The notes under the pieces were generated by a model that worked only from the letters and a program-made list of their open reading frames with translations, was not told the DNA's origin and searched no databases. 64,000 bases of DNA. Source: an uncultured Ruminococcus sp. Lineage in GTDB: Bacteria > Bacillota > Clostridia > Oscillospirales > CAG-272. This document shows, piece by piece, positions 36,279 through 46,126 of this stretch. The DNA lies in contig CAZTWE010000002.1 of assembly GCA_964617165.1 (NCBI GenBank), positions 3,247-67,246 on the forward strand, read 5' to 3'. Every line of letters starts with the position of its first letter. Within the stretch, counting starts at the first letter, position 1. The translations under genes were made by a program, and so were the position numbers.

Positions 36279-37628
36279 TTAGTCGTGCCTTGCATGCCTG
36301 TGATGATGATGAGAGTGCTCTGACTCCGAGCCCTTTCTCTCGTCTATCACCTTTCTTGCCGTATCTCTTGCGCTCACCTTACCCTCTGCCTTTATATCAC
36401 CTGCACGGGTAAGTGCTACCTTAGTCAAGAACGGTCCGACAATTTCATATATAAGCACCGCAAAGAGCGTGATGCTCTGTACCATAACGCCTATCTCACC
36501 GCCGAATTCCAATGCCTGGCTTGCCATTCCGAGCGCAACGCCCGCTTGGGGGAGAAGAGTTATTCCGAGATATTTTACAATGTTTTCGTTACAGCCTGTT
36601 GCCTTGGCGCTTATTGTTGCACCGAAATATTTTCCCGCCGATCTTGCAATAATATAAACGACACCGACGACAACGAATACCCAGTTTGCGAATACCGAGA
36701 GATTAAGCTCTGCTCCGCTTATAACGAAGAAGAGTATAAGCAGTGGTGCCGTCCACCTGTCTGCCCTGTCCATAAGCTCCTCGGAAAAATCGCATACGTT
36801 GCAAAATACCGTACCGAGCATCATGCAGGCGAGCAGAGACGAGAACGTTATATGTACGCTTCCTATTTCAAACCTCAGCGAGGAAATAGCAACGGTGAGC
36901 ATAACGAACGTAACCGAAACCGCCATACGCTTTGATCTTGAATGGAAGAATCTCTCGCAAAGAGAAAACAGAAATCCCATTACAGCTCCGAGTGCAAGCG
37001 AAAGCACTACCTCAAGCAGGGGATTTACCGCCATGGATACGACATCCACAGATCCTGTGTTTAAAGCCTTTGCAATACCGAATGAAATTGCAAACACAAT
37101 AAGGCCCACAGCATCGTCAATCGCAACGACCGGCAGGAGTATATCAGTAACGGGGCCCTTTGCCTTATACTGTCTTACAACCATGAGTGTTGCCGCAGGG
37201 GCAGTTGCAGTTGCAACGGCACCGAGCATTATTGCCGCAGGTATCGGCAGCATACCGTCGGGTAATATAAACGATAGAATAATCAGCACGGTATCCACGA
37301 TAATAGCCGTAAATACTGCCTGGAAGATACCTATTACGGTTGCCTGCTTGCCTATCTTTTTGAGCTGAGTCAGGCGGAATTCATTTCCTATCGAAAATGC
37401 TATAAATCCTAAAGCAAGATCGCAAAGAATGGAATACTTTTCCGGAGGATTGGTATCAAAATTAAATCCTATCCCTAAAGCTCCGAGAAGATACGGTCCT
37501 ATTATAACTCCTGCTATAAGATATGCCGTTACAGCAGGAAGCTGAAGCTTTTTCATAAGACGGGACAAAAGCAAGCCCGAGAGCAAAGCCAATGCGAGAG
37601 TTATCAGAATACTTGCGGTTTCTGTCAT
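36279..37628 (-). CDS. cation:proton antiporter (CPA2/Kef-type Na+/H+ exchanger family) with a His-rich tail
   Basis: 449 aa and ~12 TM, starting LPAVTAYLIAGVIIGPYLLG. C-terminal SESEHSHHHHRHARHD. Confidence 0.8.
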   Translation of the reverse strand: MTETASILITLALALLSGLLLSRLMKKLQLPAVTAYLIAGVIIGPYLLGALGIGFNFDTNPPEKYSILCDLALGFIAFSIGNEFRLTQLKKIGKQATVIGIFQAVFTAIIVDTVLIILSFILPDGMLPIPAAIMLGAVATATAPAATLMVVRQYKAKGPVTDILLPVVAIDDAVGLIVFAISFGIAKALNTGSVDVVSMAVNPLLEVVLSLALGAVMGFLFSLCERFFHSRSKRMAVSVTFVMLTVAISSLRFEIGSVHITFSSLLACMMLGTVFCNVCDFSEELMDRADRWTAPLLILFFVISGAELNLSVFANWVFVVVGVVYIIARSAGKYFGATISAKATGCNENIVKYLGITLLPQAGVALGMASQALEFGGEIGVMVQSITLFAVLIYEIVGPFLTKVALTRAGDIKAEGKVSARDTARKVIDERKGSESEHSHHHHRHARHD

Positions 37629-37769
37629 TAAAAACGCCTTCTTTCAATTTGTGTTTTTTGTTTTTCGCGCGTTACGCGCTCGCACGATTTAATAATATAG
37701 CACTTTGCTGCAAAAAAGTCAAGGGTATTTTTTTCTTAATTTTCGCAAAATATTATGTTTTCGTACATA

Positions 37770-37798
37770 TTGACAAGCGAGCTGATTTGTGATATCAT
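37770..37798 (+). promoter_or_regulatory. sigma-A promoter with extended -10 (TTGACA-17-TATCAT, TGn upstream)
   Basis: TTGACA at 37770-37775 and tgaTATCAT at 37790-37798. Confidence 0.6.
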
Positions 37799-37833
37799 TT
37801 TTTTGGCAATTTTTAAAATTAACGGAGTTTAAA

Positions 37834-38682
37834 ATGATAAATTTCTTAAAAGGTATCGTCGTTGGAATGGGCGGTATTTCCCCCGGCCTCAGCGGCAGCG
37901 TGTTGCTCGTTATTTTCGGGCTTTACCAAAGAGCAATAGATGCGGTGAGCACGCTGTTTAAAAATTTCAAAAAAAATCTCTTGTTTCTTTTGCCTCTTGT
38001 GGCAGGCTTCGGCACAGGAATTCTGCTTTTCAGCAAGGTTATAGATTTCTTCCTTGAAAATTTTGAAATTCAGACAAGATTTGCCTTTCTCGGGCTCGTG
38101 CTCGGCACCGTACCGTTGTTTTATTCTGAGGTAAAGAAAAACGGATTTTCGAAAAAATACTACGCAGTAATAGCTGCATCGGCAGCTCTCGGTCTTTTGC
38201 TTTTATTTTTCAGCGAAAATCTTTTTCCGACGGTTGATAGCCCTGACGTTTTTCAGTCGGTTATTCTCGGTGTTGCCGTTGCGGCATCGTCAATAGTTCC
38301 GGGTGTTGACAGTGCGGTAATACTTTCAGCTGTAGGACTTTACGAGCTGTATGTCAGTTCTCTTGCAAATTTCGATCTTTCAGTTCTTATTCCCGCAGGT
38401 GTCGGGCTTGTTATAGGAGCTGTTCTCATTTCGCTTCTTATGAGCTTTCTTTTAAAAAGGTTCTATACCGTGACGTTTTCAATAATATTCGGCTTCTTTA
38501 TTTCTATCATTCCGAGTGTTCTCAGTGATAATTGCAGGCTTGGTCTGAACGGTACCTCGGCAGTCTCGCTAATCCTTATGCTTCTCGGATTTCTTCTCTC
38601 ATTTTATCTTGGAGATATAAAGGGAAACAACGAGAGGTTAAAACGCATCTTCTCAAAAAAAGGAAAGGCTTGTGATGATTGA
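37834..38682 (+). CDS. DUF368 family membrane protein (family recently linked to undecaprenyl-phosphate translocation)
   Basis: MINFLKGIVVGMGGISPGLSGSVLLVIFGLY signature with a second IVPGVDSAVIL half. Start at ATG 37834 after GGAG. Confidence 0.75.
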   Translation: MINFLKGIVVGMGGISPGLSGSVLLVIFGLYQRAIDAVSTLFKNFKKNLLFLLPLVAGFGTGILLFSKVIDFFLENFEIQTRFAFLGLVLGTVPLFYSEVKKNGFSKKYYAVIAASAALGLLLLFFSENLFPTVDSPDVFQSVILGVAVAASSIVPGVDSAVILSAVGLYELYVSSLANFDLSVLIPAGVGLVIGAVLISLLMSFLLKRFYTVTFSIIFGFFISIIPSVLSDNCRLGLNGTSAVSLILMLLGFLLSFYLGDIKGNNERLKRIFSKKGKACDD

Positions 38683-39173
38683 TGCCAACCGAGACAAATA
38701 AAAAAATTCACGTAGGTGACACTGTAGAGATACTCAGCAGCAGCGAAAATTACCCCGAGGGTGAACTTTCCAATTTCTCCAATTTTTCTTTTTGTATTGA
38801 CGGTGTGCTCTGCGGCGGCATGGAGGGATTTTTACAATCCTTGAAATTTATCTCAAAAAGGCGGCAAAGGGAGGTTGCTGCACTTTTCGGAAAAGCCGCA
38901 AAGCATAAAGGAGAAAATAAGTTTTTATGGAAGCTTACGGGTATTGTTTTCTGGCAGGGTAAGCCCTACAGGCGCTCTGGTGCTGCTTTTACCTCTCTTA
39001 TCGAGCGCGCTTACGACGAGTTGTTTTCGTCAAGCCCTGAGTTCAGAGAGGCACTCAAAGCAACCGAAAGAAAGCCTCTTTCACACAGTATAGGAAAAAG
39101 CAAAAAACGGCAGACAATACTCACTGAGCGTGAGTTTATTTCAAATCTGTTAAGATTAAGAGAAAAACTATAA
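38682..39173 (+). CDS. divergent NADAR (YbiA/DUF1768)-like protein
   Basis: GELSNFSNFSFCIDGVLCGGMEGFLQSLKF resembles the NADAR core (FSNF...DG...SEHYFQA.KF). It ends with FREALKAT....L.H...NLLRLRE. The start overlaps the DUF368 stop (TGATG). Confidence 0.45.
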   Translation: MPTETNKKIHVGDTVEILSSSENYPEGELSNFSNFSFCIDGVLCGGMEGFLQSLKFISKRRQREVAALFGKAAKHKGENKFLWKLTGIVFWQGKPYRRSGAAFTSLIERAYDELFSSSPEFREALKATERKPLSHSIGKSKKRQTILTEREFISNLLRLREKL

Positions 39174-39177
39174 AATC

Positions 39178-39229
39178 AAGGCATTATGCACTAAAAATGT
39201 AAAGTCAAGTGTGCATAATGCCTTTTTAT
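39178..39229. terminator. bidirectional intrinsic terminator
   Basis: 14-bp stem aaggcattatgcac / gtgcataatgcctt followed by tttatt, between convergent genes. Confidence 0.75.
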
Positions 39230-41271
39230 TAAATTCTTACTTCATACATTTCAAACATACGCGGTGATTTGAATGTAAACTCCACAAAGCCGTCCTTATA
39301 TTCAAACGGAACCTTTTCTCCGTTCGGCAGGAGCACTACCTCCGAGGGAGCTTTATCAAGCGCGAGCTTCACACCAAAGTCGGCTAACGTGCGAGCCTTA
39401 TATTCATTGGTGAGAAGAATGGAGCTTATAAGATAAGAGTTCTCGGTTTTGAACACTGTCAGCTCAACGTCATAGGGAGCATCCGATACAATGCTTTTTC
39501 TTGCTCCAAGCACATCCGCTATTATATTTCTGAATATGTTTCTGTAATCATACAGAGTTTGAGTTTCTATCGGTAACGCTGACCATATAACCTTACCCTC
39601 TCCGTAATCGGTCATAGCCATAGCAGGTATATCCGTGGGAATACCGGGAGGATTTGAGTGGATGGACGCAAATTTTGAAGTATCCTGATTGGTATAAGGA
39701 AGAGTTATTTTAGCTATAACCTTTTCTTCGTCTATACCGCTTGCAATCGGTGCGCTTGACGAGAATGCTATAGGTCTTACCTTATCAAAATATTCAAAAG
39801 CATCTGAAACGCTGTCCTCAGGGGATATATATACCACACGCTCCTTGGTGCGTGACGTTATCTCTGCACCGAAGAACTCGCGTATAAGCTCCGAATTTGC
39901 AGCACCGCTGAAATAGAGCTTTCCGCCTCGCTTAACGTAATCTATCACTCTGCCGTTATCAAATGCGTCCTCGCTTGTGCTGAGCGGCAAAACAAGAACC
40001 GAATACTCGTCAAAGCCATGGAAGCTACCTGTAATTCCCGAAAGAACGTTTTCTCTTATAAACGTAGTAACCGAATTTTCGGTGGCGTTGTAATTGCTGT
40101 ACGCCTCGCCTGCGGCGGTAAACTTACTCTTCAAGCTGTAATATATTCCAACGTCGTAAACAGGCTTTCCGATAAAATATTTTTCATAGGGTAAGGACTC
40201 CGAGAATACCTCACCTATCCTCTCATAAACTCTTTTGTCCATTGTTCCTACAGGGTCAACCGCATCTATTATAAACGTTGCTCCGTGGTGAGCTGAGGTA
40301 ATAAAAACAGCGCTGCGCATAGTGTCCTTTGATTTTATCTGAGTATGAGTTGCAAGAGTGGGGGCACATCTTGAAAACATATATTCAAAGGGCTGATTTT
40401 TTGTAATACTCTGATAGAATTTACAAACGAAAGACTGATTGTAGGGAGTAACGTATCTGTCTCCGTCCGCGTAGTCGCAAGCGGCAACTACCTCTTCTGC
40501 ATTTCCGTCATCCTTTACCGGTGATGCGGAGCGCGAAACGTTATGTTCAACACTGACGTGAGGAAGAACTTCTTTTGTAAGAGAAGTCACCCAAGAGGCA
40601 AATTCTCCCATCCACTCGCGGCGCTTTGCGTTTTGAAGAAGCCAAGCCTTATCCGACCAATCCTCTTTTTCAGGAAGCTCACCGCCAACCTCACTCGCCC
40701 AACGTGCGCGGCAGTCCTTACAGTAGCAGAAATGCGGCCAGAAGAGCATATCGTAAAACATACCCTCAAGATTGGGGAAATACTCGGCAATTTCACGTAT
40801 CTGAAGCTCTACAAATTTGCGATATTCCGCATTGTTAGGACAGCAAAGCCCGTAACGCGAGGTTGCGTTTTTATCCGAAAATTCAGATATTATTCCGTCA
40901 TTACCCGTATTGTCACGCGTGGATCTGCCGTTAGCCTTAAGCATTCTCCATTCGGGATGTCTGTCATGCTCGTATGTGTTATATACAAGGCTGTAGTATC
41001 CCGTTACGGTAATTCCCGCCTCGTGGCAAAGCGAAATAAGTCTCTTCATGGTATCTTCTTTTCCGACAAAGGCTGCGTGTACCTTTCCCGTTTTTGTCGG
41101 GTAATAGCAAAGACCTACGTGAGACTGCAAATAGATCATAGCATTATCGATTTTTGCTCTTTTTAAATTTTCAACGTACTCCTCTGGGGAGAATTTCGAT
41201 AAGAACTCAGAGCTCCAATCGTTTATATGCATATCGCATAGATGCCTTCTGTAGCTTTTTTTATACCACAT
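39229..41271 (-). CDS. putative glycoside hydrolase (TIM-barrel, GH42-like / GHL6-type with trimerisation-like middle domain)
   Basis: 680 aa with MWYKKSYRRHLCDMHINDW..., GITVTGYYSLVYN, CCPNNAEYRKF and CYCKDCRARW motifs reminiscent of hypothetical GH families related to GH42. RBS AAAGGAG. Confidence 0.5.
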   Translation of the reverse strand: MWYKKSYRRHLCDMHINDWSSEFLSKFSPEEYVENLKRAKIDNAMIYLQSHVGLCYYPTKTGKVHAAFVGKEDTMKRLISLCHEAGITVTGYYSLVYNTYEHDRHPEWRMLKANGRSTRDNTGNDGIISEFSDKNATSRYGLCCPNNAEYRKFVELQIREIAEYFPNLEGMFYDMLFWPHFCYCKDCRARWASEVGGELPEKEDWSDKAWLLQNAKRREWMGEFASWVTSLTKEVLPHVSVEHNVSRSASPVKDDGNAEEVVAACDYADGDRYVTPYNQSFVCKFYQSITKNQPFEYMFSRCAPTLATHTQIKSKDTMRSAVFITSAHHGATFIIDAVDPVGTMDKRVYERIGEVFSESLPYEKYFIGKPVYDVGIYYSLKSKFTAAGEAYSNYNATENSVTTFIRENVLSGITGSFHGFDEYSVLVLPLSTSEDAFDNGRVIDYVKRGGKLYFSGAANSELIREFFGAEITSRTKERVVYISPEDSVSDAFEYFDKVRPIAFSSSAPIASGIDEEKVIAKITLPYTNQDTSKFASIHSNPPGIPTDIPAMAMTDYGEGKVIWSALPIETQTLYDYRNIFRNIIADVLGARKSIVSDAPYDVELTVFKTENSYLISSILLTNEYKARTLADFGVKLALDKAPSEVVLLPNGEKVPFEYKDGFVEFTFKSPRMFEMYEVRI

Positions 41272-41370
41272 ATAAAACTCCTTTTTTTATTGATTTTATC
41301 ATAAAGAGGTGTTATAATAAATTAACAGCGGAACACAAAAATAGCATTTTTGATTTTTTAAGAGGTTTAT

Positions 41371-42201
41371 ATGTTTAAAATTTCAACAGAGGAACTAGAA
41401 CGTGTTCTTTCAGACTTTTACAACGTAACGAAATTCAAAATAGTGCTTTTCGATTCGGATAGGAGGGTTATATGCTCTTATCCCGTTGGTATGTGCTCAT
41501 TTTGCGGCGAGGTCAGAAGCTCGCCCGAGCTGAGAGAAAAATGTCTCGGGTGCGATAACATTGGCTTTGATATCTGTGATAAAACGCGTGCGCCCTACAT
41601 ATATAAATGCCATCTTTCCGTAATAGAAGCGATAGCTCCCATTTATTCCGAGGATATAAATATGGGATATCTGATGTTTGGACAGATATTGCCGACGAAC
41701 CACAGTGATATTCTCAAAAAGGCAGAGGAAATATCGCGCCTGTACGGTATATCTCTTACCGAGGATAAGATCAATGAGATGACAACGGCGAGCGAATCTT
41801 ATATAAATTCGGCTGTAAATATGATGTCAATGTGTGCAAATTATCTTTACACTAAGGAAATAATTAAAAACGATACGGGAATTTTTATTTACAGGCTGAA
41901 AGAATACATAGACGCTCATCTTGATACGGAGCTTTCCGTATCCGCTCTCTGCCATCACTTCTACATATCGCGCAGCAAGCTTTACAAAATATCAAGCTCG
42001 GAGTTCGGTATGGGTATTTCGGATTATATTGCAAAGCGCCGCCTTTTTCGCGCAAAGGAGCTGTTGGCAAAAACCGATCTTCCCGTGTACGATATTTCGT
42101 TTGCGACAGGAATTTGCGATACTAATTATTTTATAAGATTTTTCAAGAAGAACGAGGGAGTAACACCTCTTGAATACAGAAAAAACATAAAAATAAAATA
42201 A
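41371..42201 (+). CDS. AraC-family regulator with an N-terminal PocR-like sensor domain
   Basis: Cys-rich N-terminal sensor (CSFCGEVRSSPELREKCLGCD...YKCHLS) and a C-terminal AraC double HTH (..YDISFATGICDTNYFIRFFKKNEGVTPLEYR). Confidence 0.8.
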   Translation: MFKISTEELERVLSDFYNVTKFKIVLFDSDRRVICSYPVGMCSFCGEVRSSPELREKCLGCDNIGFDICDKTRAPYIYKCHLSVIEAIAPIYSEDINMGYLMFGQILPTNHSDILKKAEEISRLYGISLTEDKINEMTTASESYINSAVNMMSMCANYLYTKEIIKNDTGIFIYRLKEYIDAHLDTELSVSALCHHFYISRSKLYKISSSEFGMGISDYIAKRRLFRAKELLAKTDLPVYDISFATGICDTNYFIRFFKKNEGVTPLEYRKNIKIK

Positions 42202-42215
42202 ATCTACCAAAAATC

Positions 42216-42259
42216 AAGGTCGAGACACCGTATCAGGAATGTCTCGACCTTGTCGTTTT
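42216..42259. terminator. bidirectional intrinsic terminator
   Basis: 12-bp stem aaggtcgagaca / tgtctcgacctt followed by gtcgtttt. Confidence 0.7.
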
Positions 42260-42278
42260 ACAAAAAACAGTTTTTCTA

Positions 42279-43964
42279 TCAGTTGTTTTCTTTTTGAGAG
42301 CCCGTTGGGTTCATTATACTGTAGCCTATGTTTACAAGGTGATCCGCAACGCGCTCAAGACCAACCACCGAGGATGAATAATAAGGACTTACCTCCATGC
42401 TGCAATTTCCCTCTGCGAGGCGGGCAAAGTGGCTTGCGGTAAGATGCTTTTTCATCTCGTCAACGTCATTTTCAAGAGCAGTCAGATCGGAAAGATTATC
42501 CTTGTTCTTATTTTCAAAAGCATCCTTGGCTATTTCAAACATCTGCATAACCTTATCACGCATCTGCTTTATATCACCGTTTGCTTTTTCGGAGAAGCTT
42601 ATTTTCTTACCGAGCATTTCCTCTCCGATCTCATGGAAGTTCTCGGCATGGTCACCTATACGCTCAAGGTCGTTAAGAACGTGGAAATAAGATCCTATCG
42701 TTTGCTCGTCACTTTGCTCAACGTCAACCGAAAGCTTTATCAAGAACTTGGTAAGTTCACTGTTGGTAAAGTCTATTATAGCCTCATTACCGCTGATCTT
42801 TTCGGTGTACTCAAGCGAGCCTGTTTCCATTGCAACAAAGGAAAGCTTCATATTCTCTTCAACCAAACTGAGCATATAATCCATTTCCTTTTTAACCTGC
42901 ATGAGAGCTACAGGGGGCATAGTAAGAAGTCTGTCATCGACAAATTTCAACGTTATTGTCTCGGATATCTCTTCTTTATCCTTTATAACGATAGTGGAAT
43001 ATTTAACAAGCTGCTTTACAAAGGGAAGAAGAAGAAGCGTTGTCGTAACGTTGAATATAACGTGGAATAGCGATACACGCATCTGAAGCGACATAGGATC
43101 TTCACCCGGGAAGATGGAGACCAACAGATTTACCACAGGCTCCTTGAATATCCATATAAGCGTGGTAAAGAGAACAGTACCTATAACGTTGAACGTAAAG
43201 TGTATAAGTGCAACACGCTTTGAATTTGCGTTTGCTCCGATAGATGCAAGAAGCGCTGTCACACAGGTACCGATGTTCGCACCGAGAACGATAAACAGTG
43301 CAAGTTCAAGAGGAAGCACTCCCGTTCCAACCATCGTTATAACAACACCCGTTGCGGCAGAAGAGCTCTGAATGAGTGCGGTGAATATAATTCCCACAAG
43401 TATAAGAAGCAGGGGAAAATCAATAACGCTGAAAATATTGGTAAACAGATTTTCAACCAAGGGACTTCCGAATGCCTGCTCGCTGCTCATAATGTTAAGA
43501 CCTACGAAAATAAGTCCGAGACCCGAACAAAGGCTTCCGGCAATCTTTATTTTTTCCTGCTTGAAGAAGCCCATCATAACTCCCGCAAATGCAAGAAGAT
43601 ACATCACCATGTTGAAATAATCGTTTTTAAGCGCTACAAGCACACCCGTTATGGTAGTACCTATATTCGCACCCATGATGATAGGCGTTGCCTGCATCAG
43701 AGTCATAACTCCCGCATTAACAAGACCTATAACCATGACGGACGTAGCGGACGAGCTTTGAATTATAGCCGTTACTCCCGCACCTATTCCGACACCTGAT
43801 ATGCGGTTATTGCTGATCTTTCCGAGCAGCTTTTTCATTCCGCTTCCCGCGCTTTTTTCAAGAGCGTCGCTCATGAAATTCATGCCGACAATGAAAACAC
43901 CGACTCCCGCAAGCAGCCATATAAGGCTTGCCAACAATTGAACAATTTCTTCCGATGATAACAT
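42279..43964 (-). CDS. Na/Pi cotransporter family protein with C-terminal PhoU-like domains
   Basis: Duplicated SSSATSVMVIGLVNAG / QSSSAATGVVITMVGTG motifs and a C-terminal LERIGDHAEN / LERVADHLVN PhoU signature. Confidence 0.85.
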   Translation of the reverse strand: MLSSEEIVQLLASLIWLLAGVGVFIVGMNFMSDALEKSAGSGMKKLLGKISNNRISGVGIGAGVTAIIQSSSATSVMVIGLVNAGVMTLMQATPIIMGANIGTTITGVLVALKNDYFNMVMYLLAFAGVMMGFFKQEKIKIAGSLCSGLGLIFVGLNIMSSEQAFGSPLVENLFTNIFSVIDFPLLLILVGIIFTALIQSSSAATGVVITMVGTGVLPLELALFIVLGANIGTCVTALLASIGANANSKRVALIHFTFNVIGTVLFTTLIWIFKEPVVNLLVSIFPGEDPMSLQMRVSLFHVIFNVTTTLLLLPFVKQLVKYSTIVIKDKEEISETITLKFVDDRLLTMPPVALMQVKKEMDYMLSLVEENMKLSFVAMETGSLEYTEKISGNEAIIDFTNSELTKFLIKLSVDVEQSDEQTIGSYFHVLNDLERIGDHAENFHEIGEEMLGKKISFSEKANGDIKQMRDKVMQMFEIAKDAFENKNKDNLSDLTALENDVDEMKKHLTASHFARLAEGNCSMEVSPYYSSSVVGLERVADHLVNIGYSIMNPTGSQKENN

Positions 43965-43978
43965 ATTAGTCTCCTTTT

Positions 43979-44455
43979 TTATATATCACTGCTTGGCAGC
44001 GGTGCAGTATACGTTCCTATCGTCGGAAAAACGCCTAAAATAGGTGACGTTTCAACAACGATACTTACGATGAGAACTGCCGCGCCGAACACAACGCCGA
44101 AAATACCAAGAATAAGACCTGCAACGGACATTCCGTTGAAATATCCCAAAGACACGCGAGACACAACCGCAAAAACAATTGCAACTATTCCTATTATGAG
44201 TCCGAGCCAGCCGATAAATCCGTAGCAGACGGAAACCACTCCGAGCACAAGAGAGACGATAGACCATCCGACAGACTTAGGCTTGTCCTTATCAAAGTAT
44301 TCGTAATACCTTTCCTCACTTTGACGGGATCTGTCTTCTGTCAAATCCTTATAATACGAATCGGGGGTTATTATGGAGCTGTTTTTTTCTCTGTAGTATT
44401 CTTCCGTGCCATCGTCACCATGCGGTTTTTTTTCGTTTATATTATTTTCATCCAT
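43979..44455 (-). CDS. DUF4190-like small membrane protein
   Basis: GWSIVSLVLGVVSVCYGFIGWLGLIIGIVAIVFAVVSR with two further helices. ATG 44455 (MDENN..) has a GGAAAGGACGG RBS, while the ORF-track start is a TTG. Confidence 0.55.
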   Translation of the reverse strand: MDENNINEKKPHGDDGTEEYYREKNSSIITPDSYYKDLTEDRSRQSEERYYEYFDKDKPKSVGWSIVSLVLGVVSVCYGFIGWLGLIIGIVAIVFAVVSRVSLGYFNGMSVAGLILGIFGVVFGAAVLIVSIVVETSPILGVFPTIGTYTAPLPSSDI

Positions 44456-44655
44456 AGCATGTCCGTCCTTTCCGTTGATCAAAAGAAATTTTTATTCTAA
44501 ATTTCTCCGATTATATTATAAGGTCCAAAATAAAAAAAGTCAATTGAATTTTATAAATCACCGAAAAAATCGTTATTTCACACATTGAAAAAAGAATAAA
44601 AATTCACTCTTCTGTTAAAAATGCTAGTATACAAAACCAACAAAAAGGATACGTT

Positions 44656-45099
44656 ATGGAAGATCACAAAAGCTACGAACAAAGGATAAAAAGACACACG
44701 CCTCACTCTTCTTTTCTCAAAGATTTTGCTTTTGCATTTGTTTTCGGCGGCACAATTTGTCTCTTAGGAGAGATAATTGCAAACATTTGTTTATATTTTG
44801 GCATAAAAAGTGAGGATGCTTACACTTGGGTAACGATTATTTTAATTTTTATTTCAGCACTTCTCACGGGTATGGGGGTATTTGATAAAATAGCTCGTTT
44901 TGCAGGTGCGGGAACTCTTGTTCCCGTAAGCGGATTTGCAAATTCGGTGGTTTCTCCCGCTATAGATACGAAATCCGAGGGCTACGTTCTGGGTGTCGGA
45001 GCTAAAATATTCACAGTCGCAGGTCCCGTTATACTATACGCTACACTTGCAGGGGCTCTTTACGGGATCATTTATTACGTTGTAAATCTTTTTTTATGA
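44656..45099 (+). CDS. spoVAC: stage V sporulation protein AC
   Basis: 147 aa with the FAFAFVFGGTICLLGE and GAGTLVPVSGFANS signatures. Confidence 0.85.
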   Translation: MEDHKSYEQRIKRHTPHSSFLKDFAFAFVFGGTICLLGEIIANICLYFGIKSEDAYTWVTIILIFISALLTGMGVFDKIARFAGAGTLVPVSGFANSVVSPAIDTKSEGYVLGVGAKIFTVAGPVILYATLAGALYGIIYYVVNLFL

Positions 45100-45106
45100 G
45101 GTATAT

Positions 45107-46114
45107 ATGCAAAAAATAACCTACCTTGAAAAGCCTGTTTATATAGAGGCTTATTCATCAGTCGGAGGACTTGAAGAAAAACGCGGCCCTCTCGGAAAAT
45201 ATTTTGATTTTTGTGATGAAAACGATCTTTTTGGAATGAAAACGTGGGAGAGAGCCGAGGGAGAAATGAGCAGAATAGCACTTAATATTTCTCTTAACAA
45301 GCTCGGCTTAAAGCCCTCGGAGCTTGATATTCTTGTTGCCGGAGATCTTCAAAATCAATGCGTTGCATCATCGGGAGGACTATTCACTTTCGGAGTTCCT
45401 TTTCTCGGACTTTACGGTGCATGCTCCACCTGTACCGAGGGTATATTGGTACTTTCAGCCATGCTTTCGGTGTCAAAAAACTATACACGGGGTGCCTCTG
45501 TTACCTCATCTCACAACTGTGCTGCGGAAAGACAATTTAGAACTCCTATAGAATACGGTGGGCAGCGTACACCGTCCTCTCAATGGACTGCAACCGCAGC
45601 CGGCTCCTTTATTCTCGGTAAAAACAAGAGTCATATAAAGATATGCTCGTTCATGCCGGGAAGAGCTATAGACGGATATACAAAGGATCAGAGCAATATG
45701 GGCTCGGCAATGGCTCTTGCCGCATTTGATACAATTTCCGCATATTTTTCGGAGAACGACGCTGACAGCTTTGATCTTGTACTGACGGGGGATCTCGGCA
45801 GAGTCGGGAGCGATATACTCGAAGAGCTTCTTTGTGAAAAGCTACATTCAAACGGAAAGAAGCTTGCCTCTCTTCATAAGGATTGCGGACTTTTACTTTA
45901 CGATACAGAAAAGCAAGACGTTCACTCGGGAGCATCGGGATGCGGCTGCTCGGCATCTGTGTTATCAAGTTACGTTTTGCCAATGGTGGAGAGAGGAGAG
46001 CTTCGCAAAATAGCACTTTTATCAACGGGAGCTCTCATGAGCACGTCAAGCATTTCGCAGGGAGATCATATACTCGGCGTTGCTCCCATTGTAATTATAG
46101 AGCATGAAGAATAA
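45107..46114 (+). CDS. spoVAD: stage V sporulation protein AD (thiolase-like fold)
   Basis: 335 aa with AGDLQNQC, YGACST and the expected position between spoVAC and spoVAE. Confidence 0.85.
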   Translation: MQKITYLEKPVYIEAYSSVGGLEEKRGPLGKYFDFCDENDLFGMKTWERAEGEMSRIALNISLNKLGLKPSELDILVAGDLQNQCVASSGGLFTFGVPFLGLYGACSTCTEGILVLSAMLSVSKNYTRGASVTSSHNCAAERQFRTPIEYGGQRTPSSQWTATAAGSFILGKNKSHIKICSFMPGRAIDGYTKDQSNMGSAMALAAFDTISAYFSENDADSFDLVLTGDLGRVGSDILEELLCEKLHSNGKKLASLHKDCGLLLYDTEKQDVHSGASGCGCSASVLSSYVLPMVERGELRKIALLSTGALMSTSSISQGDHILGVAPIVIIEHEE

Positions 46115-46126
46115 GGGGAAAATATT

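Noticed and set aside
44483-44655. Possible forespore sigma-G/F promoter upstream of spoVAC (gaataa ... gctagtata).
   Set aside because: The spacing and both hexamers deviate from the GHATR-N17/18-CATAxTA pattern I remember. I cannot support a call from sequence alone.
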